Of a stretch of 52,093 nt of DNA, positions 35,145 to 48,177 are shown in pieces. Source of the DNA: Octopus bimaculoides (Eukaryota); NCBI RefSeq assembly GCF_001194135.2, contig NC_068990.1, positions 93,708,911-93,761,003 on the forward strand, written 5' to 3'. How positions within the stretch are numbered: the stretch's first letter is position 1; each line of letters starts with the position of its first letter. Below the pieces are notes generated by a model, which saw only the letters and a list, made by a program, of their open reading frames with translations, had not been told where the DNA came from and did no database searches. The position numbers were made by a program, and so were the translations under genes.

Positions 35145-37259
35145 AGAAAAACTGTTGAATATGTTGGAAATAATTTAATCATTAATAATAGTCTCTTAAA
35201 AAGGCGTGAAATGCACACAGGAGGTGGGGAAGCCATCTAACTACGAAGCAAATGAGAAATCTTATTGCAAGTCTAAACTTGCAATTTAGCAACAAGTACA
35301 AACGAGAGAAATACATTGGAAACGATTCCATTTCAGGGAAACTCTTCCGCTAAAATATTTGAGAAATCTTTATTTGTAAAAGGACAGATGGATAAACACT
35401 GAACAAAAAGCTATGTCGATGTGATCTATGTATCTACGCTTGTATTTCAATCGTAATCCACTTATTGAGGTAAAACTTGCCATTGTGGAATCTTGTTTTA
35501 AAATCAATATGGAGACGTTCTGACGGCGCTGATTTGTCATCAGACATTTTTGTTTCTTATTCTAGTTAACAACTAATTTGTCGACACAACTGCTAAACTA
35601 TTCGACTACTAAATTTCATTTAGCTTTTTTTTCTGCTTCACTTTGTCTCCATGGGGACTTTTGACGCAACGTGACAAAAGAAAAGAATTTCTCACAATGG
35701 ATTTTTCTACACCTTCGACAAAATAGAACTGACTGGATTAAAATTTTGGCACAGAACAAATCAGAGATTTGTCCATGATGTATCGAATTATACTGATTGC
35801 TACAACCCAGCCTCTGTTTATGCGTGTCTTGTTTTGTTATTTGTTTTTTTTTTGTATGTGAACAGGAGACGTGGTTGTAGCATTTGGGGGTCATTTAATA
35901 CATCTTTATTTCTCTCTCTCTCTGTTTGCCTCCAGTGCCAAAAAGTCTCCCCCCAAACAAGTCCAATGTCCAGTCAGCTGTGCCAAATTACCAACGTTCA
36001 AACACCTGCACCGAATCGTCTCATTTCGTTAAAAAATTCATTCTCTGATCTAGTTTTGTGAACCACAAATACACCCTCAAGACAGATCAATCAACTTTTA
36101 TTTGATGTTAAAGTTTCTTATGCGAACGCAATCTCGTTAATCATAACTGGCAAACACGGGTAAAAACTTCTAGATGTAAAGTTTGTAGAAAATGACCCAC
36201 ATTCAAGTGCCATGGTTTGCACACCTGAGAACAATGATCTACACTCGTGATGTGACATTTACTCATACTTTGTGATAAGACATTTCTGGCTGGACATTTT
36301 CTGAAATTATGTCGATACTCTCACAAAAATGACATATTTGAGTAGCAGCTGCTGAAATAGTTTTCTGTTCAATGTTTTCTTTTATAACAGCAGTAATATT
36401 TCATGAAGATATCCTGATTTAAATGCCAGCATTCTGTAGAGCTCAAGTCCAATACTGTTTCCATATTTAACATTTTATTTTTGTCATCTGAGTTCTATAC
36501 CAGCGACATTTTTTTTCAGAAATAAAAGCATCTGTTATCAAATTTGTCTACACAATTCCATTGATACTAACGAAGTTGCATTCTTTTGCCAGCAGCTTTG
36601 AGTTGTAAAGGAATTGAGCTATAAACTCTGAGTTAAAAGCTAATGTCTCACAAAAGCATCACTGGTTTGAGGTATTCCTTAACCGATTCATCACTCTTTG
36701 TTGTTGTTACAATCTGTGATAAATTGGTTTATTTTATGCCAGAAAAAGTTTGAGTGGTCTGTTGAGGCCTGGAATGTGTACAAGAAAATTTTCAAACATT
36801 TAAAGTCAGTGTTTGAAAGAACGAAGATGCTAATACTGACTGAAAAAGACGACTCGTTTACTTGTTGCAGTCTTCTGACTGAGGCCGTGCTGGAGCATCT
36901 CCTAGTAGGGCTTAGTCGAACAAATCAATCTTTGTACTTATTTTTCAAGTCTGGTAATTATTCTATTAGTTTCTTCTTGACAAGCTGTTAAGTTAAGGAA
37001 CAAACAAAACAAACCCAACACCACTTCGTTGTGTGTGGGAGGTGTACAAAGACGTATATTTGACAGGCTTCCTCGCAGTTTCCATTTACCAAATTAAGTC
37101 ACATGGCATCGATCAAACCAGGGTTGTAGTAGAACACACCCACAGTGCTTCAGTTTGGGATTGAACCTGAAACCACATGGTTGCAAAGTGGACTTTTTAA
37201 CCACATATAGCTTCAAAGCCTTGGGAGTAGATCTGGTAGACAGAAACCAGAAGAAGCCA

Positions 37260-37298
<39 letters not shown>

Positions 37299-38362
37299 TC
37301 AGTGTGAGCATGTCCCCTTGTCTTGACTCACCTGATAGTTCTAAACAAGCCTCACTGCCATACAAGTGATATCATACATAACCAGACTTCCATAAAAACA
37401 TGTCTGGTCTTGAGGTAAATATCAGTTTTGCTTGGAAATAGGTGAAGCTTGGCTACAGTAAGTATATAAATGTTGGAGATGTGTTATTGTTGATACAGTT
37501 CTTCCAAACTTTCCTCATTACAGATGAAACAGTTAATAGTATTTATAGAATCGTCTATTGAAATTCAAACATTGTTTCTGTATTTTACTAGCTTTATTTT
37601 CTTCAACATTGCAGCATAAGAAAGCTTTGTCTTCGAGAGGTTAACAAAGTTCCTTGGTTCATTTTCTATAAACCATCTTTAATATTCACTGTAAACTTAT
37701 ATACCACATAATACTGGAAGAATGAGTTTTCATAGATTGCTGCGTATATTGTGTGAAGCTAATCACGGTGCTATGAAATTCCTCCCGCGTCATTTTATAT
37801 AAACATAATGATGTGTGAGAGATACTGTTCCAAAATACAGGTTTATAAATATTAAAAATGTCAAATATTCTAACTAGCAAATGTCAATTTAGCAAGGAAA
37901 TTCTTTGACAATCTTTTTGGTTCTTTTGACTATATGGCATAATACATGCTGTGTTGTTATTGTTTAACCCCAGGCTAGCAATGCCTGGGGTTTAAGAAAT
38001 TGCTTTTCATGTATTACCAACAGTCGACAAGAATTACAACAACTTAGTTATTTAATTCCATAAAGAATGCAGTACTCACAACTTGTGCAGTTTTGAGTTG
38101 CTTGTTCGAAGTCATAATGGATCACATATGGAGCTTTTTACACAACGGGAATCCCATTCTGATCAGTGACTGGGAAATATATTTTACTGTGAGTGTGTCT
38201 CACTTGTCTGCCATCCATAAACTGGCTACATCACATGTTTACCAGATAAACCACCATCATTATCATTTAATATACAAAGTTAATCAAGTGTTCACCTCTC
38301 ATTCTCTGCACAATAATCTCTGATATTTGATATCAAATAATCCTTTCTACTAAAGGTACAAA

Positions 38363-38536
38363 GCCCGAAATTTTTTTTTGGGGGGGGGGCTAGTCAATTA
38401 GATCGACCCCAGCATGCAGCTGGTACTTAATTTATCAACCCTAAAAGGATGAAAGGCAAAGTCAACCAGGCAGGATTTGAACTCCGAATGTAAAGACAGA
38501 CGAAATACTGCCAAGCATTTCGCCCAGTGTGCTGCC
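38363..38536 (-). mobile_element. tRNA-derived SINE (family 1), inverted copy
   Basis: Reverse-complement similarity to 1990-2190. Confidence 0.7.
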
Positions 38537-38779
38537 TTATTTAGTATGAAATAACATCAATTATATAGATTCAAATTAAATAGTTGATAAAAAAGACTGA
38601 AGAGCATTTTATCTGTAAATTATATAATTTATGTACAAGATTTGGTTTCATGTTCTACTTATAAAACTGTTGACCATGTTTTCATAGTCTTTAAGATGTT
38701 TGATAGTGTATTCCAAGAGCCACAATGAAAAAATTCAACATGGAGCAGAAGCTAATTCATACTATTTAACAAAATTTAT

Positions 38780-39440
38780 GTGACGACAACCATTGCAGTC
38801 CTCATACAATTTGAAGAGTGATGCCATTCTGTTGTAGGAGTTCACCAGGGCTGCTTCCTTTACCCCAACATATTCCTGGAGCAGACCATGAACGATGCCT
38901 TTCACAACCAGGTGCTCACAATTAGCATCAGAAGGAGGAATAACACAAATTTGAGATTTGCTGACGACATTGATAGGCTGGCCAAATGAGAAGAATCGAT
39001 TGGATTAGTTTGATAAAGCTTCCATCAAGTTTGGGATGGAAATCAATGGGAAAAAAAATAATAATAAATGCTAATGGCACCATCTCAACAGACATCTCTG
39101 TACAAGGACAGAAACTAGAGATAGTGCAGCACAGCAAAAACTTGAGGTCAGTTATTAAAGGTAATGGATCAAGGCCTGAAATCCTTGCAGGAACCTCACA
39201 GACAATGCCTGAATTAACCAAACTCCAACCAATATGGAGAGGTAAGAATGTCACTATGAACAACATCAGATTCTTGCATGCACTAGCACTTTCCATCATC
39301 TTGTATACATGTGTAACATGGATTCTCACAGCCAAGATTCAAAGGAAGATACAGACATTGGACATGAGATACTACGACAACATCTGAAGCATTTCATACT
39401 GGACCATATCCCAAAAGGGCAAATTCTCAATACATCAAGC
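38780..39440 (+). mobile_element. RTE-clade LINE reverse-transcriptase fragment (decayed)
   Basis: GVHQGC, TNLRFADDI, GQKLEIV, SRPEIL, SIILYTCVTW..IQRKIQ, with stops and frameshifts. Confidence 0.85.
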
Positions 39441-39468
39441 GTCACATAGGCTTGAGTTTGTTCCATCT

Positions 39469-39612
<144 letters not shown>

Positions 39613-40518
39613 TTATGTGTGGATTCGTTTATGGGAAGACAAACTACCACTGAGAGAGAATGTTCTACCACAAATATCGCAATGGTATGGTTTCTCTCCA
39701 GTGTGGATACGTTTGTGAGAAGACAGACTACCACTTTGAGAGAATATTTTACCACAAATATCACAATGATATGGTTTCTCTCCAGTGTGGATGCGTTTGT
39801 GGTAAGACAAACCACTCATGTGAGAGAATGTTCTACCACAAATATCACAATGGTAAGGTTTCTCTCCTGTGTGAATACGTTTGTGAGAAGACAAACTACT
39901 GCTTTGAGAGAATGTTTTGCCACAAGTAACACAGACGTGGGGTTTCTCTCCTGTGTGAACATATTTGTGGTCAGATAAATTACCCTTTTGAGAGAACGTT
40001 TTGCCACAGACATCACATTGGAATGGTTTCTCTCCTGTGTGGATACGTTTGTGAGAAGACAAATTGCCACTGCAAGAGAATGTTTCTGCACAGATGTCAC
40101 ACTTGTATGCTTTCTTTCCTGTGTGGATACCTTTATGGTTGGACAAACTACAACTGTGGGAGAATGTTTTGCCACAGACATCACAATGATACGGTTTCTC
40201 TCCTGTGTGAACACGTTTGTGGGAAGACAAATGACCACTCTGAGAAAATGTTTTACCACAAATATCACAGTGGAACGGTTTTTCTCCTGTATGAATACGC
40301 TCATGCTGAGATAAGAAACTGCTTTTAGTGAATGATTTACCACAAATTTCACAGTGATACGGCTTCGATACTGAATGAATTAATTTATGTTCAATTAAAT
40401 TATTTAATGATGAGAATATCTTTCCACATATATCACAAGTGTGTGATTTCTCTTTTGGGTTTTCTAGTGTCTGACCAGACGAATCAACAATTTTAGTCTG
40501 TGATTTATTAAAAACCAT
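39613..40518 (-). CDS. C2H2 zinc finger protein (10 tandem fingers)
   Basis: 301-aa ORF, repeated [28 protein letters not shown]; stop falls inside a linker (HT*EKP). Confidence 0.93.
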   Translation of the reverse strand: [301 protein letters not shown]

Positions 40519-43500
40519 AATTTTCTCTTTTTTCCCTAAAATATAAAATTTCTTTTAACGTCTTTCTGTAGTTTTTGTAATATATAACAGAAATATTTCC
40601 AAGATTATATTATCCCTGTATGGTGGACTTTAACAGAGTCTGTTTATGTTCAAGATGATCAGAAATGCTTTCAAGAAAATTTATTAGAATAAAATCTTAT
40701 AATTAACTAGTGGTAAATAAACTCACTCCAATTAGCAAGGTTATGTCTAAATATTTAAATCCGTACCAGTTTAACTTTTACACAAAATTTTTCCATAAAC
40801 ACTTCTGAAAGAACTTCAATTTCAGGAAAATATCTGATATCCAATTAATCAAAACTTGTAGAATCAGGCTGACATTGGCTGATGGAGTAATTGCTGGTCT
40901 TCAAAATTTGAGGTGAAATATGTTTAACTGTCATCGGATAACCTGAAATAAAGACATAAGAGACAATGAAGAGTTAACAGGAAAATTATTGGAGAGAAGA
41001 TATTTAAGCACAAGTACTGAAAGTTGAAAAATCAAACTTTATGAAATTCAAATCAAATACTTTGCCTGGATTTACACTGTTTAAAACTATATCAAGTGAT
41101 TTTAATCATAATACAGAAATATTCATTAAATACAAAAGTAACAGTTTTGTGGAAATAATTTTTAAAAGCTCAAAATAATATTTTGATGCCATGTCACTGG
41201 TGTGTGTCGCTTTGATAAGATGAGACACTAACAACAACAAAATCTGCAGTGTCAATGACTCGTCTATTCTAAGTATCTCAAATGGCTTTTTGAAAATTTA
41301 ATTTACCAACAAGTGTGACAGTGAATAACTACATCCATCTGTGACGGAGAAGAATGAGAGACAGAGGTGATCAAAGCTATTTCTTCCAGCGTATAATGAT
41401 AGCGGGAGGAAGGATGAGAAACAAAGACGCAGACCTGGTTAAATAAGGCATATTACTGGTGCTGAAAATGGTAGCATCCCCAGTTTGTCTGGAATAGAAA
41501 ATAATTGTCGATTCACTGTACATGTGTGGATACGTAAATATTTCGTAAAGGACCCGTTCAAATGTCGGTGTGAAATAATTTTTTTCCACAGGTAATTTCG
41601 TGTGAGTTCAACGTATCTTATCTCTAAACCCGCCACAAACCACTTTTTTTCAGGAAAAAAAAGGGGGAGGGATGGTGGGGACCTCACGTTTTTTTTTTCT
41701 TTTCCAGGTTATTTCGCGTGCTTTCACGCGTAAAAAAAGACAAGATTTAGCTGCTATTTCTAACACGCACTGCTACCACGTAACAGCTATTTACGATAAC
41801 GGACCCGCCAATATTTCGCTGTGAAAACAAAGATGGGGAAAAAGTGAAATTCGTCGAAAACATGCGAAATAACCTGGAGAAGAAAACGAAAACCCGCGAA
41901 CGGGTCCTTTTACGAAATATTTACCTGAAAATGCACCAACTTTTCAAATTTTTCTAAATATGTCTATAGGAAGTTTTAACAAAAGTGTTCCAACTACGAT
42001 CATCCAGTCTTTAAGCGTTCCTGTCCTGACCATCCATTCTGTATTAAAAGAATTATGATCATCCCAGTGATTTTGTGAAGTATTCTTGCTGTGACAAACC
42101 AATCATTCTTTTAAAACATTTCAACTGTGACTATTCCATTATATTTTATTGCGTTTCAACAGTGACCATCATTTCAGAATAATTACTTATCAAATAACTT
42201 CGTTACGATGTCATGAATAATGAAAGATGTACAGAAATGGGGAAACTTGTTAAAATATATCAGACACACAAACAATGATGCCACAAAATGAAAGTCTAAT
42301 TTAGGAAGTGATTTACGAATTTATACTGGGGTATGGGCGATGAGAAATCGAGTATATTCAGACAGTAGAAATGTTTAACTACCTCTCACAGGATTTCTAT
42401 CTTCTTCGGGCCAAGACAATCGTTAATTACCAATTAATGTAAACAAACAAGTGCTGAACGAGGGCGGCAATCGTGGAACTCACCTCCTATCACTAGAGAA
42501 TGCTGTAAGGTAATCGTTACCTAAAGCGACGTCAATTAAAATGGAACTAATGATTATAGTAAAGATCACGGACGTTTTTAGTAACGAAAATCAGAAAAAA
42601 ATAGTGCAACAGGTGTAAAAAACAATGTGTAGGAAATGAATATGAAAAAAAAATGCGCGCAAAACGAGGACCTCCGAAAATTCACAAGATGAGTTTTACT
42701 CCCATAACTTTTTAGGAAAATGGGTTTTCTTCAATGCAATTTTATATAAATACCTTTCAAGCGGCATACATTACGATTATAAAGTAATTTGTGATCCGAA
42801 ATTACATTCAACTTTCTACAGATACCTTTAGCGTAGTGTTTATTTCTACTCACTTTCAAGTTTTTAATGTTTGGGTTTCAATTTCGTTTCATTTTATTTT
42901 CAATTATTTTTACGCTTTTAACCCTTCCGTCGTTATTACTGTCTCTAAGTATATATAGAGATAGATACATATATACACACATGCAGTTATGAGGGAAAAA
43001 CTCGGATATGAACTTCCCGAAGTCNNNNNNNNNNNNNNNNNNNNNNNNNNNNNNNNNNNNNNNNNNNNNNNNNNNNNNNNNNNNNNNNNNNNNNNNNNNN
43101 NNNNNNNNNNNNNNNNNNNNNNNNCTTTGAGGTTTGCAACACCCTCATCAATTTTACTATGGCTCATATACAATATATGCAAAATTTTGTTTTGTAACAT
43201 AGTAGAGACAGACAAAATCACACGTTTGTACTGTTTAGGAGCCCCACCGATATCGATTTGCCTAACAATATTTCTATTTACTTATCGTTAGCGCGTTGGA
43301 AAAAATATAATTGCGGTATTTGTTGCAGCTCTTTAGATTCGGAATTGAAATCCAGCCGAGATCATTTTTGATTTTTCACCCTAGATTCGATCAAATAACG
43401 CAGCAGTCAAGTACTGCGACTGCTATCTACTTAATACCCCCAAACGAAAGGCAGCGAGCTGGCAGAACCGTTAGCACACCAGGCTAACGTTTTGAATTAA

Positions 43501-44003
43501 AACTCAACCGAGGTCGACTTTAATATTTGTCCTTTCGGGGTCGATGTTATCGAACCCCTTCCGACAAAATCTCAGGCCTTGTGAAGAAAAAAAATTGATA
43601 TTTCTAACAAGCTATTAATTTTTGGATATAGGATCGGATCCACAGTAGCCGACTGGTAGGCAAAGTCGATTTAAAACAATGTACCTAAATATCGACAATA
43701 GTTGACTGCATTTTAAATTCTTGATAGTTTGGCGGGTAAAATTTATCAGCAACTGGTAAATTTTGAGATTAGCACTCCTTGCTTTTGTTTACCATTTCCG
43801 GGGGTACAAGTTGATGCAACAGATGACGAATATTCTAATTTGGCGCCTTGTGATTTCATTGGTTAAAATTCAAAAGTCAGGTGACATGGATGCCTAATTA
43901 GCAACTATTTCGTCATGGAGCCGACTAAAGCTTATTTAAAGGTAAAATATAATATACCGGTTTAATTTGCTGTTCGCTGCGTAATCTGCAATCAATTTGA
44001 ATA

Positions 44004-44381
44004 ATGTCTGGCCGTGGGAAAGGAGGTAAAGCGAAAGGAAAGAGCAAGACCCGCTCATCCCGTGCCGGGCTACAATTCCCCGTCGGTCGTATCCACCGTC
44101 TTCTCCGTAAGGGAAACTATGGTGAACGTATTGGTGCCGGGGCCCCTGTCTACCTTGCTGCTGTGATGGAATATTTGGCTGCCGAGGTGTTGGAATTGGC
44201 AGGAAATGCTGCCAGAGACAACAAGAAATCAAGAATTATTCCCCGTCACTTGCAGTTGGCCATCCGTAACGACGAAGAATTGAACAAGCTTTTGTCTGGA
44301 GTGACCATTGCCCAGGGTGGTGTTCTTCCCAACATCCAAGCTGTCCTTCTCCCAAAGAAGGCCAACAAGGCAGCTAAGTAA
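44004..44381 (+). CDS. H2A: Histone H2A (replication-dependent type)
   Basis: 125-aa intronless ORF with canonical H2A core (AGLQFPVGR...[20 protein letters not shown]); 3' stem-loop. Confidence 0.98.
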   Translation: MSGRGKGGKAKGKSKTRSSRAGLQFPVGRIHRLLRKGNYGERIGAGAPVYLAAVMEYLAAEVLELAGNAARDNKKSRIIPRHLQLAIRNDEELNKLLSGVTIAQGGVLPNIQAVLLPKKANKAAK

Positions 44382-44410
44382 ATGAATTTTGCTAATATTC
44401 AACTACAAAC

Positions 44411-44426
44411 GGCCCTTTTTAGGGCC
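44411..44426 (+). promoter_or_regulatory. Histone 3' stem-loop (H2A)
   Basis: GGCCCTTTTTAGGGCC 29 nt after the stop. Confidence 0.95.
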
Positions 44427-44576
44427 AATACATCTTATGTAAAGTTATCTCTTGACTTAAATTTCATGTGGTTTAATTTGTTTAGATCCAGTGACCAAAA
44501 TGCGCGGAAGAGTTAAACAGATGTCTTCTATAAATTGAATTTGTGCTTAAACGCTCGTATTTAATAGCTGTGTTTA

Positions 44577-44654
44577 TTACGTTGAAGTAAACTAAATGTT
44601 TATTTTCTAGTTTCGTTACGTTGAAGTAAACTAAATGTTTATTTTCTAGTTTCG
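44577..44654 (+). repeat. Perfect 39-bp tandem duplication
   Basis: TTACGTTGAAGTAAACTAAATGTTTATTTTCTAGTTTCG x2. Confidence 0.95.
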
Positions 44655-44836
44655 TTAGTAAGCAAAGATTTTCTCTTTCGGGGCGGGATATGATTTGCTT
44701 TGCAGAATCTGTTGTTACAGGGGAACGTTGTTCTTTTCCTTTATTTGCATTTCAGTAAGTGGAGACCCGATTCAGTGGATTTGATTTAATTGAAATGGAA
44801 GCAATTCAAATTTTGAGTACGTGTACAAAAACGTCC

Positions 44837-45176
44837 AGATGGACTATATGTAATCTGAACCTTTCCTCCCGTGTTTTATTTTATTTTTTTTACGGAATCT
44901 CACGTTTTAGGCTGTGGAGATTCCGAAAAAAGATTTTCAAAATTTCGATTCCCCCCACCCCGGTTTTTATATAGATCCACAGGGTGAACCTAACCCTAAC
45001 CCCAGTTTTGTGAGATTTGGCTGTTATTTCTAGCATATAAATAGCCTGCTTGGTGGGGGGGGGGGGTTTGAAATTTTTTTTCAGAATCGGAATCTCCATA
45101 GCCTAAAACGTAGGATTCCGTAAAAAAAAATTAATAAATAAGGGGGGGGACGGTTCAGATTACATATAGTCCATCT
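44837..45176. mobile_element. Foldback/MITE-like element, copy A
   Basis: ~90-bp inverted arms (AGATGGACTATATGTAATCTGAACC...TACGGAATCTCACGTTTTAGGCTGTGGAGATTCCGA); core with AACCTAACCCTAACCC. Confidence 0.7.
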
Positions 45177-45869
45177 CTACCTACAAAAATAATACATTAC
45201 ATACTATCAACTTCTTTTGTCAGTTTGAATATTAATTATTTGCGTAACATTTATATAAATATGTAAGTTTATTTTAGCCTCAACAAATATGGCTTTTAAA
45301 TTTAAATAGCAGATATGGCTGCGAGGTAAAAAGCTTGCTTTCTCAACCATTCTGGCACCTTGGGCAAGTGCCTTCTATATCCCCTTGGTGGATTTGGGAG
45401 CCGTAAACTGATAGACCCGTCGTATATATGTGCCTGTTCCCCGCCACCATCGCTTGGCAACTGATGGTGTTTACGTCTCCGTAACTTAGCAGTTCGGTAA
45501 AAGGAGACAATAGAATAAGTACCAGGCTTACGATATCGACCAGTGCTCCGGCACGGCTGCAAATGACAAGTAAAAAAATAAACAAGCAACGGTTTTAAAT
45601 TTTTTAAAGGTTTGTGTTTATTGAAGATAAAGTAAACTATTATGCATTTAAATACTTATTTTCTACGACGTTTCGTTAATAGCGAAAGATTTTCTTTCGG
45701 GGTGGGATACGATTTGCTTTGAAGAATCGCTTGTTAAAAGTGAATGTTTCTCTTTTTCTAAAGAAAAAGACGGAGATTTTTATCAGATTCAGGACTGCAG
45801 ACTAGATTCAATTGAAATGAAAATTTCAAGTAAATGCACCGTATTTCTAGACGGTATTATTGGGTTAAC

Positions 45870-46244
45870 GGTCAGAAAAAATTTGTGGAGATGGAGTATA
45901 TGTAATCTGGGTATACCCCCACTTTAAAATTTTTTTTTTTTTTTTTACGGAATCCTGTTTCAGACCATGGAGAATCCGATTCTGGAAAAAAAAATTTTCA
46001 AAAATCTCAATTTCAATCCACAGGGTAAACTTAACCCTAACACTAGTTTTGTGAGATTTGGCTGTTATTTCTAGCATGTAAATAGCCTGCTTGGTGGTGG
46101 TGGTGGGGGGGGAATTGAAATTTTTCAAAAACTTTTCAGAATCGGAATCTCCATAGCCTAAAACGTGGGATTCCGTAAAAAAAATAAGGGGGGGGGGGAA
46201 AGGTTCAGATTTATAGTCCATCTCTACCAACATTTTTTCAGACC
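45870..46244. mobile_element. Foldback/MITE-like element, copy B
   Basis: Same architecture as copy A; arms extend to GGTC...GACC. Confidence 0.7.
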
Positions 46245-46972
46245 AACTGTTTTTATTTAAACTACAAAGAAAAAAAAAAAAAAGGATGTAACCGGAAAAT
46301 GAGAGGAACAGAACGATGTACGGTTATAATTCTATTAAACCGAGTTTTCACAACGACTACTCAGAGTACTACACGGGGACAGTATTTACAACTCAGCAGG
46401 TGTATTGAGGAGTAATATTTATGGAACCTCATCACTAATGTTCATAAATTAACTTTAAAAGAAAAATCCAAGAATGTAATGGAAAAATAGAAACGGATAG
46501 TTTAATACTAAGACAAAAGGAACTTTTTAAAAATCAAGTCTGAATTGTTTAAATCCCAGCAAACAAATGAGATGTGCTAAAAACCCTTACATAGGGCAAA
46601 TTTCAGGTTTTCCATCGTATGAATCGTGTATAACACATCTGCCCGAATGTCTAATTTCTAGTTAAGATAATCAAGGTATATTTTAAAGGCAGGGAGAAAC
46701 GAAAACTTTTAAAAATCATTTTATATATACATACAAAGACGTCAGAATATCGCGCTCCATTTGTAAGATGAACTCTTCGAATACATACGTTAAAAGCAGT
46801 TACATTGACAATGCTAAAACAGATCCTAAGACGACCACATACATGTACCGAGGAGGATTAACACCGTTCGGATTCCATTCGTTTATACAAGATAATACAT
46901 CAAGTGTAAAGACAGAAACTTTTTAAAATGTAACTAAACGAAAAGCAGAGGAGACTTTCGATATAAAATGGG

Positions 46973-46988
46973 GGCCCTAAAAAGGGCC
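46973..46988 (-). promoter_or_regulatory. Histone 3' stem-loop (H3)
   Basis: Reverse complement GGCCCTTTTTAGGGCC downstream of the H3 stop. Confidence 0.95.
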
Positions 46989-47010
46989 ATTTTACAATGC
47001 TTAAAGCAAT

Positions 47011-47355
<345 letters not shown>

Positions 47356-47899
47356 NNNNNNNNNNNNNNNNNNNNNNNNNNNNNNNNNNNNNNNNNNNNN
47401 NNNNNNNNNNNNNNNNNNNNNNNNNNNNNNNNNNNNNNNNNNNNNNNNNNNNNNNNNNNNNNNNNNNNNNNNNNNNNNNNNNNNNNNNNNNNNNNNNNNN
47501 NNNNNNNNNNNNNNNNNNNNNNNNNNNNNNNNNNNNNNNNNNNNNNNNNNNNNNNNNNNNNNNNNNNNNNNNNNNNNNNNNNNNNNNNNNNNNNNNNNNN
47601 NNNNNNNNNNNNNNNNNNNNNNNNNNNNNNNNNNNNNNNNNNNNNNNNNNNNNNNNNNNNNNNNNNNNNNNNNNNNNNNNNNNNNNNNNNNNNNNNNNNN
47701 NNNNNNNNNNNNNNNNNNNNNNNNNNNNNNNNNNNNNNNNNNNNNNNNNNNNNNNNNNNNNNNNNNNNNNNNNNNNNNNNNNNNNNNNNNNNNNNNNNNN
47801 NNNNNNNNNNNNNNNNNNNNNNNNNNNNNNNNNNNNNNNNNNNNNNNNNNNNNNNNNNNNNNNNNNNNNNNNNNNNNNNNNNNNNNNNNNNNNNNNNNN

Positions 47900-48130
<231 letters not shown>

Positions 48131-48161
48131 GCTTAGAATTTCTCAAGCTTCGTCACACACC

Positions 48162-48177
48162 GGCCCTTTTCAGGGCC
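48162..48177 (+). promoter_or_regulatory. Histone 3' stem-loop (H4)
   Basis: GGCCCTTTTCAGGGCC. Confidence 0.95.

Noticed and set aside
36200-36850. Possible hAT-like transposase remnant on the minus strand
   Set aside because: Only weak resemblance with many stops; no TIR or diagnostic motif could be confirmed by eye.
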